From positions 2,258-66,257 of the forward strand of contig DATJFP010000020.1 of assembly GCA_035495615.1 (NCBI GenBank): a stretch of 64,000 nucleotides of DNA, given 5' to 3'. Source of the DNA: Verrucomicrobiia bacterium. Lineage in GTDB: Bacteria; Omnitrophota; Omnitrophia; Omnitrophales; Aquincolibacteriaceae. The notes below the pieces were generated by a model. It was not told the DNA's origin. It saw only the letters and a program-made list of their open reading frames with translations, and did not search any database. A program made the position numbers and the translations under genes. Below are positions 17,179 through 26,773 of this stretch, in pieces. Within the stretch, counting starts at the first letter, position 1. Each line of letters begins with the position of its first letter.

Positions 17179-19797
17179 TTACGTGCCGGTTTCGGTTTCT
17201 TTGAGGTGCCAGCCTTCCATAAGGAGGGGCGTGATGGTTTGGGCCGGGACCGGCCTCGAAAAAAGGTAGCCCTGCATGCGGTCGCATTTGAGCGACTTGA
17301 GCATTTGCAGCTGCTCCATGGTCTCAACGCCTTCGGCGATGACTTTCAGCTTCAAGCTGTGCCCCATGGCGATGACGGCCGCCGTGATCGCGGCGTCGTC
17401 CGGGTCGGTGGTGATTTCACGGATGAACGACTGGTCGATTTTCAACGTGTGCACGGGAAACTTTTTGAGGTAGCTGAGTGACGAATATCCGATACCGAAG
17501 TCATCGATGGAAATCTGGATGCCGAGATGGTGCAGGTCCCTCATCGTGGCAATCGTCGTTTCGAGCTGCTGCATGATGACGCTTTCGGTAATTTCCAGGT
17601 CGAGCCACTGCGGCTCCAAGCGCGTCTCTTTCAAAGCGCCGGAAATCATCTCGACCAGGTTCTTCTCGTTGAACTGGCGCGCCGAAAGATTGACCGCGAT
17701 CCTCATCGGGCGGTAGCCGAGGTCTTGCCATTTTTTGTTCTGCGCGCAGGCCGTCTTCAGCACCCATTCGCCGATCGGGACGATCAGGCCGGTTTCTTCC
17801 GCCATGGGAATGAATTGCGCTGGTGAAACAAGACCGAGGTCTGGATGCTCCCAGCGAATCAAGGCTTCCATGCCGACGATTTCGCCGAACTCAAGGTCGA
17901 CCTGCGGCTGGTAGTAAAGCGTGAACTCCCCTTTTTCCAGCGCCTTGCGCAGGCTGTTTTCCAGCGTCATGCGTTCGAAGGCCTTGGCATTCATGACCGG
18001 CGTATAAAGCTGATAGTTGGTGCGCCCCTGCTCCTTGGCCCGGTTCAAGGCCGCGTCCGCGTTTTTGACCAGCGTGACGCCGTCATTGCCGTCGTAGGGA
18101 AAAATGCTGATGCCGATGGACGGCGTGATGTGCACTTCATGGCCTTCGAGATTGAACGAATGCTTGAGGACATCCAGGATGTTCTGTGCGGTTTTCACGG
18201 CTTCGTCGACCTGGTTGATGCCGGTCAAAAGGAACGTGAATTCGTCGCCGCCCATGCGCGCGATCGTGTCGCCTTCGCGTGTGAACTTCTTCAGCCGTTC
18301 CGCCACGGAGCGCAGAAGCAGGTCGCCCATGGTATGGCCAAGCGTATCATTGATGACTTTGAACCGATCGAGGTCGAGGAACAAGATCGCGACCAGCTGG
18401 TTTTTGCGGCGCGCCTGCGCAAGCGCCTGGCCAAGACGGTCATTAAACAGCATGCGGTTCGGAAGATCGGTCAGCGGATCGTAATAGGCCATGTGCTGGA
18501 TGGTTTCTTCGGCCCATTTGCGTTTAGTGATGTCTTCCTTCACCGCGAGGAAATGCGTGATGCTGCCTTCGGAGTTGCGGATGGAGCTGATCACGGCCTT
18601 TTCCCAGTAGAGCTCGCCGTTTTTCTTGCGGTTGATGAATTCGCCCTGCCACTCCTTGCCTTCCTTGATGACTTGCCACAACTTCTTGAATTCTTCGCTT
18701 GGAATCTTGCCGGAATTCAGAAAACTCGGCGTCTTGCCTGCGACTTCTTCCAGGGCATAGCCCGTGACTTCGGTAAATTTCGGGTTCACGTATTCGATAT
18801 GCCCTTCGCAGTCGGTCACCATGACGATGCTCGGGCTTTGCTCGACGGCAAGCGAGAGTTTCTGCAGACGATCTTCGGTCTCTTTGCGGTAATGCACGCC
18901 TACGAACAGCTCCCCCATGAGCTTCAGGTCCCGCCACATCCAATCCGGCCACACCCTGACCTGCTGGACCGCATCCAAGCCCAGACATCCGACGAGCTTT
19001 CCCCGGTAATTCAGCGGGATCCGGACCATGGACTGGATCTTCTGGGCCTCAACGTAGGCGAGCTCTTCCTTCGCTTCCTGGGGCAGGTCTTCGGAACTGG
19101 TGATCGTGATGGGTTCGAAGGCTTTCAGCCTCCGGTAAAGCCAAGGCAGGTCTTTCAAGCAGACTTTTTTATCCGCCGGTCTGAGGGAAGGCGCGTCCTC
19201 CTGATTCCAATCGTAAACAAATTCCGTCGATTCACCCTCGCGGGTAAAAATGTACAAATGCACACGGTCCGCGTCGATCGTATCTCCCAGACGCGCGATG
19301 GCTTCGCGCAAAGCCTGTTCGAGCTGATCGTGGTGAAGACTGAGGAATAAGGTGGAAAAAGAAGCGATCATTTCTTCGAAATCCAGCGGCGCTTGCTGGC
19401 CGCGCGGCTCGCGGTTTTTTTCCAGGATGCGGTGAATGACATGGCGCATCACATCCGGCTGCCACTGGCCTTTGACGAAATAATCCTGGGCGCCGAGCGT
19501 CATCGCATCGCGGGCAAGGCTTTGCTGGCCTGCTTTGATAAAGACGAGAACGGGAGATTGCTTGAAAGATTCTTTCAACTGCAGATAAATTTCAGCTTCG
19601 GGACTGTCAGGCAGGACGAGATCAAGAAAAACAAGCTGCGGCGTGACCGTCTTCAAAAGGGAAGCGCTTTCGGCCAGTGTTTTGCACACATGCGCCTTGA
19701 ATCGGTATTGGGGGTCATCGGAAAGAATCTTTTGAATGCGGGTGGTTTCCGTCCCGTCATTTCCGATGATGACGACCTGCGCCGGTTTGTGGGCCAT
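17179..19797 (-). CDS. Response-regulator receiver-GAF-PAS-GGDEF-EAL multidomain c-di-GMP signalling protein
   Basis: 872 aa. N-terminal REC, PAS region, intact GGDEF (RMGGDEFTFLL) and EAL (EALIRW) motifs. Confidence 0.9.
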   Translation of the reverse strand: MAHKPAQVVIIGNDGTETTRIQKILSDDPQYRFKAHVCKTLAESASLLKTVTPQLVFLDLVLPDSPEAEIYLQLKESFKQSPVLVFIKAGQQSLARDAMTLGAQDYFVKGQWQPDVMRHVIHRILEKNREPRGQQAPLDFEEMIASFSTLFLSLHHDQLEQALREAIARLGDTIDADRVHLYIFTREGESTEFVYDWNQEDAPSLRPADKKVCLKDLPWLYRRLKAFEPITITSSEDLPQEAKEELAYVEAQKIQSMVRIPLNYRGKLVGCLGLDAVQQVRVWPDWMWRDLKLMGELFVGVHYRKETEDRLQKLSLAVEQSPSIVMVTDCEGHIEYVNPKFTEVTGYALEEVAGKTPSFLNSGKIPSEEFKKLWQVIKEGKEWQGEFINRKKNGELYWEKAVISSIRNSEGSITHFLAVKEDITKRKWAEETIQHMAYYDPLTDLPNRMLFNDRLGQALAQARRKNQLVAILFLDLDRFKVINDTLGHTMGDLLLRSVAERLKKFTREGDTIARMGGDEFTFLLTGINQVDEAVKTAQNILDVLKHSFNLEGHEVHITPSIGISIFPYDGNDGVTLVKNADAALNRAKEQGRTNYQLYTPVMNAKAFERMTLENSLRKALEKGEFTLYYQPQVDLEFGEIVGMEALIRWEHPDLGLVSPAQFIPMAEETGLIVPIGEWVLKTACAQNKKWQDLGYRPMRIAVNLSARQFNEKNLVEMISGALKETRLEPQWLDLEITESVIMQQLETTIATMRDLHHLGIQISIDDFGIGYSSLSYLKKFPVHTLKIDQSFIREITTDPDDAAITAAVIAMGHSLKLKVIAEGVETMEQLQMLKSLKCDRMQGYLFSRPVPAQTITPLLMEGWHLKETETGT

Positions 19798-19979
19798 TCC
19801 TATTCCCTTATGTGGGAAAGTGAGTCATCGGTTACTGTACTGTTCTTAACATAAAGACTAGCCCATAAATCCAACAAGTCAAACAATCCCATGGATTTAT
19901 GTAAGATTGCGCACGGCTCCGACAAAGCGGCGGAAAGCGCTGCGGGCCTTCTATCCCCTTGAAAAGCAAGAACTTGCGG

Positions 19980-21848
19980 TTAACGGCGAAGGGAAATAGC
20001 GGGCAGGTACATTTTTTCGGGCCCCTTCTTCCAGTAGTGCCCGGTGCGGGACCGTTCTTCGGCATCGGTAAAGCGGTAGTCGCTGATCAGGGCGCGGATG
20101 TAGCGGGGCGGCGCGCCGGAAAACGGATCGCTCTTCAAAAGCTTGAGAACATCCGGGCTTCCCTGCATGAGACGCGCGCAAAAATTCATGAACCACGGAT
20201 TGTTCTGGTATCCGCCGAGCGCCGCAAACCACATTTGCCAATCCAGCCGGGGCTGATGCGGTTCCACAAAAACCGGAGAGCGCGACAAGTCGCCCGGCTT
20301 GTATTTAAATTCGTAGGATTTCCAATTCGTGCCGTCCAGTGATCCCTGCACCGTAATTTCCGGCCGTTCGGTCGTCATGACCGCGAACAGGCCGTAGCCG
20401 CTCGTCAGATGAAAAGGATACGCCGCCTGGATCATGGCCCGGACCGGCGCGGGCCAGGGAATCTTCACGTCCAGCGTGCGCGAAAACGGATTCAGCGACA
20501 AAAGAAACAGGCAGGCCGCCGCGGGCCAAAGCACGAAGCGAGGCCAGGGACGCGCGCGCGAAGATTTCCAAAACGCCGGAACCCGGAGCTTGTCCCAGGC
20601 CTGCTCCCCTTCTTCGATTTTTTTCAGCAGCTTTGTTCCCCAGATTCCATCGTCGATGAGAAACAGGCAAAGCAGGATCGAAAGAAGATTGAAGAAACAA
20701 TAATTGCCGGTCATCATGATGACGGCCTGAAGCCCAATCAAGCCGAAGGCCCCGATCCGGCGCAGAACATGCGGGCCGAAAATGAAAAATGGGAAGACAA
20801 GCTCGATGCAGAACATGGTTCCGGTGCAGAAGCGCTGGAACGCGGGACTTAATTGGTGCACGTACCAGCTTGTCCACGCGGGTAAGGGCTGGGTTTCGTA
20901 ATGGTAGCTCAGCGCGGTGAGGTGGCGCCAGGCCGGGTCGCCGCTCGAGAGCTTCACGAAGCCCGAAGAAAACATGAGCCGGAACACGAGCCAGCAGAAA
21001 AGGAACAAGACTGCGCGCGGCGGCCGGTACGTGACGGGCGGCTCTTTCCAGAAATGAAGCGGCTGCAGGAAAAGCGCGAGGAATCCCGTTTCGATCAGCA
21101 GGATATCCCATTGGAAGCCGAGAAAGTCGCGGCTGATGCCCACCAGCGAAAGATAAGCGGCCCAGAGAAAGATGGCCGAAACCACGGGCAGCAGCCCCGC
21201 GCTCAGGCAGGCGGAGAAAAAAATGCCCAGCCTGCAGATCAGGTGAAGGAAGGCATTGTCGGCATGAATCCATGCGAACGTCGGCAAAAGATAAAATCGC
21301 TCGGCCCCGAACCGTTCGGCCACGGCATTCAGGAAATCGCGTGCCGGCAAAATGCCATTCTCGCCGATCAGGCCGTCCAATTGAATGTCGAAAGACCAGA
21401 ACGCGACGGCATACACGAGTCCCAGCCCGCGTAGAAAAACCCAGCGGCTCACGCGGTAATTCTGTTCCGGAGCTTCGGACCCGAAAAAGAAAAGGGTGAG
21501 CTGGGAAAAAAGGACGCGATTGGCGGCGACGAGGCGGTAAAAGACTTCGGCCAGCGGCGCAAAGCCGGGAATTTTCTCGTACGCCCAAAGCCATCCGCGG
21601 CGGCCGCCATAGGCCAGGGTTTTGAAAACCGCCTTTGCGCCGGAAGAACGGCGGCCGTCTTCTTCGATGAGGTGCACCGAGCGCCGGAATTGTTCTTCGG
21701 TAATGCCCGGATACCGGCTGCCCGCTTCCTGATAGGGCGCGTATTCGACTTTCTCCCCCGTCATTTCTTTCCATCCGGCGATCCAGCGGCGGCAAAAGCC
21801 GCAGTCGCCGTCGAAGATCAAAACAGGTTTTGCTGTCCCTTGTTCCAT
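19980..21848 (-). CDS. Fusion of thiol-disulfide oxidoreductase DCC (DUF393) with a lipase-maturation-factor (LMF1-like) polytopic membrane domain
   Basis: N-terminal DGDCGFCRRW DCC motif. About 500-aa multi-TM region with an LMF-like conserved C-terminal block (HQPRLDWQMWFAALG). Confidence 0.7.
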   Translation of the reverse strand: MEQGTAKPVLIFDGDCGFCRRWIAGWKEMTGEKVEYAPYQEAGSRYPGITEEQFRRSVHLIEEDGRRSSGAKAVFKTLAYGGRRGWLWAYEKIPGFAPLAEVFYRLVAANRVLFSQLTLFFFGSEAPEQNYRVSRWVFLRGLGLVYAVAFWSFDIQLDGLIGENGILPARDFLNAVAERFGAERFYLLPTFAWIHADNAFLHLICRLGIFFSACLSAGLLPVVSAIFLWAAYLSLVGISRDFLGFQWDILLIETGFLALFLQPLHFWKEPPVTYRPPRAVLFLFCWLVFRLMFSSGFVKLSSGDPAWRHLTALSYHYETQPLPAWTSWYVHQLSPAFQRFCTGTMFCIELVFPFFIFGPHVLRRIGAFGLIGLQAVIMMTGNYCFFNLLSILLCLFLIDDGIWGTKLLKKIEEGEQAWDKLRVPAFWKSSRARPWPRFVLWPAAACLFLLSLNPFSRTLDVKIPWPAPVRAMIQAAYPFHLTSGYGLFAVMTTERPEITVQGSLDGTNWKSYEFKYKPGDLSRSPVFVEPHQPRLDWQMWFAALGGYQNNPWFMNFCARLMQGSPDVLKLLKSDPFSGAPPRYIRALISDYRFTDAEERSRTGHYWKKGPEKMYLPAISLRR

Positions 21849-21885
21849 AAAGGCCCGGAATCTCTCTGGTTTCCTGGAAGCGTCG

Positions 21886-21894
21886 TGCTAGAAT
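21886..21894 (+). promoter_or_regulatory. Extended -10 element (TGcTAGAAT) for the HAD gene; predicted leaderless transcript
   Basis: TG at 21886-21887 and TAGAAT at 21889-21894. The ATG at 21903 is 8 nt downstream with no SD. Confidence 0.35.
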
Positions 21895-21902
21895 ACCACC
21901 CC

Positions 21903-22592
21903 ATGTCCGCCAAAAAAATGCTTCTTTTCGACATCGACGGCACGCTGCTTCTGACCGGCGGCACGGGCAAGGTCGCGCTCGAGGCCGCGATCCTGGAACT
22001 GTTCGGCTTTCCCGATTCCTGGGGCGAATTGCATCCCGATGGCAAAACCGACCCGGCCATCATCGACGAAATCTGCGAACGGCTGCTCGGCCGCCCGCTT
22101 TCCGCGCAGGAGTATCAAACGATCTGCGACCGGTATCACCATCATTTCGAGCGCGAGATCGAAAGCGCTTTTAATTTCCGCCTCATGCCGGGCATCCGGG
22201 AACTGCTCGGCGCTCTCGCCGGACGACAGGACCTTATCATCGGCCTGGCCACGGGAAATTTCGAACCCGCGGCATTGATGAAGCTGAAAAAAGGAAGCCT
22301 CCACTCCTTTTTCCGCTTCGGCGGCTACGCCTCGGACGCCCGCTGCCGCAAAGAATTGACGCGCATAGCCTACGAGCGGGGGTTGAAAGCCGCGGGCGAA
22401 ACAATCCCGCCGCAGAATGTCTTTGTGATCGGCGATACCATCCACGACATCACAGCCGGGCAAAACATCGGCGCGCATACGATTGCCGTTTGCACCGGCT
22501 CGACAAAAGCCGCGGCTTTACGCGAAAAAGATCCCGCCCATATTTTTGAAGACCTGACCGATCTGCCGCGTTTTCTTTCGCTTCTTAACTAG
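21903..22592 (+). CDS. HAD-superfamily hydrolase
   Basis: ATG at 21903 verified. Motif I LLFDIDGTLL and motif IV VIGDTIHD. 229 aa. Convergent with the helicase gene; the 3' ends overlap by 4 nt. Confidence 0.85.
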   Translation: MSAKKMLLFDIDGTLLLTGGTGKVALEAAILELFGFPDSWGELHPDGKTDPAIIDEICERLLGRPLSAQEYQTICDRYHHHFEREIESAFNFRLMPGIRELLGALAGRQDLIIGLATGNFEPAALMKLKKGSLHSFFRFGGYASDARCRKELTRIAYERGLKAAGETIPPQNVFVIGDTIHDITAGQNIGAHTIAVCTGSTKAAALREKDPAHIFEDLTDLPRFLSLLN

Positions 22593-24508
22593 CCGCCGTA
22601 TTCCCAAGAACTGCGGTAGGCCCCGATTGATTCCGAATACTGGATGAAATTCTGGTAAAACGGAATCGCGGACAAGGTCGAGCTGTCACCGATCACGAAA
22701 AGTTTCCGTTTGGCGCGCGTCATGGCCACGTTCATGCGCCGCGTATCGGCCAGGAATCCCATCTCGCCTTCCATGTTAGAGCGCACAAGCGACAGGATCA
22801 CCACTTCTTTTTCCCGGCCCTGGAATCCGTCTACGCTGTCGACCTCGATGCGCGGCTGCCCGATTTTCAGCGTGAGATAGCGCACCTGCGCGCTGTACGG
22901 ACTGATGACCGCGATGTCCTCCGGCTTGACGCCCAGGCTGAGCAGCCGCTTCACCTGCGCGTCCACGAGTTCCGCTTCTTCGGGGTTGTACCGGCTCTCG
23001 CTGCCCGGCTCCAGTTTTTCCTCGAAGCCGCGGCCGGCCGTATCGAGAAACACGAAAGCCTCCTCGGTTTCCGGATCGCGCGTAAGGCCCGGAAGATCCG
23101 CGAGCACGTGGCGCCGCACGGAATCGTCGGCAATGAGCTGTCCCTGATAAAACTGGCGCGAGGAAAAGTTCATGATTTTTTCGTGCATGCGGTACTGCAC
23201 GCGGAGAAGCGTTTTATATTCCTCGCCGAGGACCTTGTGCAGCTTTTCGAAAAGCGTGACGGCCAGACCGCCTTCCTCGGCTTCTTTAGACCGCACGGTC
23301 GGCGGCAATTGGAAATGGTCGCCTGCGAGCACGGCCTTTTGCGCTTTGAGCAGCGGGATCCAGGAGCTGGGTTCGGTGGCCTGCGATGCCTCGTCCATGA
23401 CAAGTAGATCCACGGTCCTTTTCTTCAGGAGATAATCCGCGGCTCCGGCATGCGTGCCCACGAAAACGCGCGCCTCGGCCAGGACTTGCTGCAGCACTTC
23501 GGATTCCAGGGCCTGCACGTCGGCTTTGAGCGCGCGGATCTGATCCCGGATTTCCCTCTTTTCCATTTCGTGCAGCGTGCGCCGTTCTTTGTGCCGGTCG
23601 AGCCGGCGGTACAGCACGTCGATCTCGCGTTCCCGCTCGTCGATCCATTTGGAATGCGGGTGCTGCGCGGTCTTGAAGTCGAGCGTGTAATCACGCAGGT
23701 GCTCCATGATGCGGGCAGGATGGCCGAGCCGCACGACCGGAACCTCGGCGTTCACCAGGCATTCGAGCAGGTTGTCGCAGGCCGTATTACTTGGCGCGGT
23801 CGCGAAAACGAATTTCCCCTGGGCCACGGTTTGCCGGATGACTTCGACCAGGACCGTCGTCTTCCCCGTTCCCGGCGGCCCGTGGATGAGCGATACGAGT
23901 GGCGATTCCAGGACCATGACCGCGGCCTTCTTTTGCCATTCGTTCAGGTTGGCATTGAAAAATGGGAGCTTCGAAAGCGGGACCGGATCCCCTTTTTCAG
24001 GAGGCTTGAGGCCAAGCGTCACGTCGCGGAAAAGCGCGAGACGCGAATGCTCGGCATCGCGCACGGTTCCAAGGGCCTCGCCCATGCGCTTGTAAGTCGC
24101 ACGGCTTCCCGAGCGGTTCAGGTGATAGGTGCCGGTTTCGTCCAGCCAGTTTTCGTGCAGCCAGTCGAACGCGACCGTAATGCTCTCGCGGTCTTTTTCG
24201 TAAACCGTGCCTGTGGGATAGCGCATGATTTCCACGCCTTCGGCAGAAAGGCTCACGATGTCGCCGACTGCCAGAGAAAAGACAGGCAGTTCGCGGCCCG
24301 AACGGTAAGAAAAAGTCAGGAGGCGGTGGCCCGCGGGGCTGAAATGAGATTCTGTGATTTTCAGAAAGAGAAGGGCTTTGCCCGTATGTTCGCGTTCGTC
24401 CGGGGAAAGCTTGAGGAAGTCCTCGCGAAAGGCCTCGACCTCTTCGGCTTCTTCGAGATCGATCAGGCGCTGCAGACGCTCAAAATGTTTCTGGATTTCT
24501 TCTTCCAA
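22589..24508 (-). CDS. Upf1/IGHMBP2-like superfamily-1 helicase (COG1112)
   Basis: 639 aa. Walker A IHGPPGTGKTT, DEAS box LVMDEASQ, and C-terminal motifs VILSLVRSN and MNVAMTRAKRKLFVIGD. Confidence 0.85.
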   Translation of the reverse strand: MEEEIQKHFERLQRLIDLEEAEEVEAFREDFLKLSPDEREHTGKALLFLKITESHFSPAGHRLLTFSYRSGRELPVFSLAVGDIVSLSAEGVEIMRYPTGTVYEKDRESITVAFDWLHENWLDETGTYHLNRSGSRATYKRMGEALGTVRDAEHSRLALFRDVTLGLKPPEKGDPVPLSKLPFFNANLNEWQKKAAVMVLESPLVSLIHGPPGTGKTTVLVEVIRQTVAQGKFVFATAPSNTACDNLLECLVNAEVPVVRLGHPARIMEHLRDYTLDFKTAQHPHSKWIDEREREIDVLYRRLDRHKERRTLHEMEKREIRDQIRALKADVQALESEVLQQVLAEARVFVGTHAGAADYLLKKRTVDLLVMDEASQATEPSSWIPLLKAQKAVLAGDHFQLPPTVRSKEAEEGGLAVTLFEKLHKVLGEEYKTLLRVQYRMHEKIMNFSSRQFYQGQLIADDSVRRHVLADLPGLTRDPETEEAFVFLDTAGRGFEEKLEPGSESRYNPEEAELVDAQVKRLLSLGVKPEDIAVISPYSAQVRYLTLKIGQPRIEVDSVDGFQGREKEVVILSLVRSNMEGEMGFLADTRRMNVAMTRAKRKLFVIGDSSTLSAIPFYQNFIQYSESIGAYRSSWEYGG

Positions 24509-24550
24509 ACTCAGGTCCTCGCCGGAAAGCGCAGGATGGAAATGGGAAGG

Positions 24551-24778
24551 TTAACGTTCTTCCGACCGCTTGCCTTTTTTCCACCAGTCCGCGGGATCGT
24601 CGTCTTCCCACGCGCCCAGGTCGCCGCCGCCCCGTTTCCAGAGCGAGAGCAGGACAAGGGCAAACACCGGAATGAACAGAAAAATGCTGCGGCTGAAAAA
24701 GAGGTACACAAACAGGCAGGCGCCTGCGGCAAGCCAAAGCTTATTTTTAGGACTGTCAGAGGGCAGACTCATAACCAA
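24551..24778 (-). CDS. Small two-TM membrane protein (hypothetical)
   Basis: 75 aa. Hydrophobic core LWLAAGACLFVYLFFSRSIFLFIPVFALVLLSLW. Tightly spaced between yjbQ and the helicase. Confidence 0.4.
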   Translation of the reverse strand: MVMSLPSDSPKNKLWLAAGACLFVYLFFSRSIFLFIPVFALVLLSLWKRGGGDLGAWEDDDPADWWKKGKRSEER

Positions 24779-24800
24779 CTCAATTCTAACACATTCGGTT

Positions 24801-25241
24801 TCATACCCCGAGCACTTGCACGATCACCTCGCGCGTGCGCGGGCGGTTGTCGAAATCAATGTAGACCACTTGCTGCCACGTCCCGAGCGCAAGCTTGCCG
24901 TCCACGACCGGTACCGTTACCGAAGGCTTCAAAAAAGAAGCCCGCACGTGCGAAAAACCATTTCCATCATGCCACGTTTCTTCATGATGATAAACCTCAT
25001 TTTGCGGTGCCATTTTCTCGAAGAAAACTTTAAGGTCCTGGATGAGGCCCGGCTCATACTCCACGGTGGTCATGCCGGCGGTCGAACCGACCGCGAAAAA
25101 AACCGCCTGGCCGTTCTGGATTCCGCTGGAAGCGACTTTTTCGCGGCCCGCGTCCGTAATGTCGTGAATGTCGCAGAAACCCTGCGTGCGCAGCTCCAGG
25201 CTGTAATTTTCGACCTTAAACTCGCCGCTTTTAGCCTTCAT
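24801..25241 (-). CDS. YjbQ/UPF0047-family protein (secondary thiamine-phosphate synthase-like)
   Basis: Start refined to ATG at 25241 (MKAKSGEFKV). Conserved YjbQ blocks LELRTQGFCDIHDITD, HHEETWHDGNGFSHVRASFL and LALGTWQQVVYIDFD. Overlaps the ClpX-paralog stop by 11 nt. Confidence 0.8.
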   Translation of the reverse strand: MKAKSGEFKVENYSLELRTQGFCDIHDITDAGREKVASSGIQNGQAVFFAVGSTAGMTTVEYEPGLIQDLKVFFEKMAPQNEVYHHEETWHDGNGFSHVRASFLKPSVTVPVVDGKLALGTWQQVVYIDFDNRPRTREVIVQVLGV

Positions 25242-26772
25242 AAGATTCCTTGATCCACCGCTCCAGCACGTGATCCGGATCGCGGACAGCTTCGGCCGTG
25301 AGGATGAATTTGCCGCGGGGTTTCTTTTTCTGGATGAGTCCCAGCCCATAACCGTAATTGCCGAACATTTTTTCCAGGACCACGGCCGCTTCCCCGCCGG
25401 AATCGAGGATTTTACCGGCCAGCGCTTCGCGGGCCGCGGCGTCGAATTCGATGGCGAGCGCATTTTTCGCGTCGAAATTCTTTTCAAACTGGACGATTTC
25501 AGCCGCGAGTTTCTGCGAAGCCTCGTGCCGGTCCTCTTCCAGAAGCCCGCGCAGGACGCCCGCAGGATCGCGCGCGAGCTGCGCGTCGAGCGTAAAACGC
25601 TTCACATGGCCCGAAGGAAGTTCGTATTTGAAATCCCTGAAGATCCGCTCGCAGACCGTGATGAGGCCGCGCGCGCCGGTTTCTTCGAGCGCCGCCTGTT
25701 TGGCAATCTCGCGCATGCCGCTTTCACGCACGTCGAGCTGGATGCCGTAAGCGAGAAAGCTGGCCTGGTACTGACGGATCACCGAGCCTTCGGATTCCGA
25801 GAGGATGGTGTAGAGGTCGTCCTCGCTTAACGGATCGCAGACCACGCGGACAGGGAGGCGCCCGACGAATTCCGGCTCGAAACCGAACTGCACGAAATCA
25901 TCGGTCCGCGATTTGCGGAAAAGCTGGGAGGCGGGAACGCTTTCCGTCTTCTGCGCGGCAAACCCGATGTTCGCGCTCCGGAGGCGCCGGTCCACGATCG
26001 GCGCGAGGCTGCCGAAAGCGCCGCTTACGATGAACAGCACGTGGCGTGTGTTCATGACAGGCTTGGTCAGCTTGCCTTTCTGCTGGTATTCCATCATGGC
26101 CTGGATCTGCGACTGGATGTCGTGGGAGGCGCGCAGCGGCACGTCGGTTTCTTCCATGAGTTTCAGCAGGCCGCGCTGGACGCCGGCGCCGCTTACGTCG
26201 CGCCCCATGGCGTGCGGCGGCGAGGCCAGCTTATCGATCTCATCGATGTACACCATGCCGTATTTGGCCAGCTCGAGATCATCGTCCGCCTTGCGTGCCA
26301 AGTCCTTGATGATGTCTTCCACGTCCCCGCCCACGTAGCCGGTCTCGCTGAACTTGGTGGCATCGGCTTTCACGAAAGGAACGCCGATGAGTTCCGCCAG
26401 GCATTTGATGAGGTAGGTTTTTCCTACGCCCGTGGGCCCGAGCATCAGGACATTCTGTTTCACGTAATGTTTGTGCGCCTGCGGGTCCTGCTCGTAAAGC
26501 CGGACGTGATTGTAGTGATCGCACACCGCGGTCGCGAGCACGCGCTTGGCGTCGTCCTGGCGGATCACGAAACGGTCGAGGTGCTGCTTCACGTCTTTGG
26601 GCTTGAGCTGGAAATCCAGGATTTTGAGCCGCTTCTTTTTCTGATTCTCTTCGTGGTCTTTCTCCACGCGCTCGGCCTGCGGGTCTTTTTGCGGCGCGGC
26701 CTGTGACAGCATGCGCTTCATGGCTTCCATGATTTCTTTCTGCGTCTTTTCGAATTCCGACGGTTCGCTCAT
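25231..26772 (-). CDS. ClpX-family AAA+ unfoldase paralog lacking the N-terminal zinc-binding domain, with about 95-aa C-terminal extension
   Basis: Strong ClpX blocks: Walker A LMLGPTGVGKTY, pore-1 loop GYVGGDV, Walker B VYIDEIDKL, DVSGAGVQRGLLKLME, an IGF loop (ANIGFAAQ), FVGRLPVRV and sensor-2 TGARGL. No C4 zinc finger. 513 aa versus about 420 aa for canonical ClpX. Confidence 0.85.
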   Translation of the reverse strand: MSEPSEFEKTQKEIMEAMKRMLSQAAPQKDPQAERVEKDHEENQKKKRLKILDFQLKPKDVKQHLDRFVIRQDDAKRVLATAVCDHYNHVRLYEQDPQAHKHYVKQNVLMLGPTGVGKTYLIKCLAELIGVPFVKADATKFSETGYVGGDVEDIIKDLARKADDDLELAKYGMVYIDEIDKLASPPHAMGRDVSGAGVQRGLLKLMEETDVPLRASHDIQSQIQAMMEYQQKGKLTKPVMNTRHVLFIVSGAFGSLAPIVDRRLRSANIGFAAQKTESVPASQLFRKSRTDDFVQFGFEPEFVGRLPVRVVCDPLSEDDLYTILSESEGSVIRQYQASFLAYGIQLDVRESGMREIAKQAALEETGARGLITVCERIFRDFKYELPSGHVKRFTLDAQLARDPAGVLRGLLEEDRHEASQKLAAEIVQFEKNFDAKNALAIEFDAAAREALAGKILDSGGEAAVVLEKMFGNYGYGLGLIQKKKPRGKFILTAEAVRDPDHVLERWIKESYEG

Positions 26773-26773
26773 A

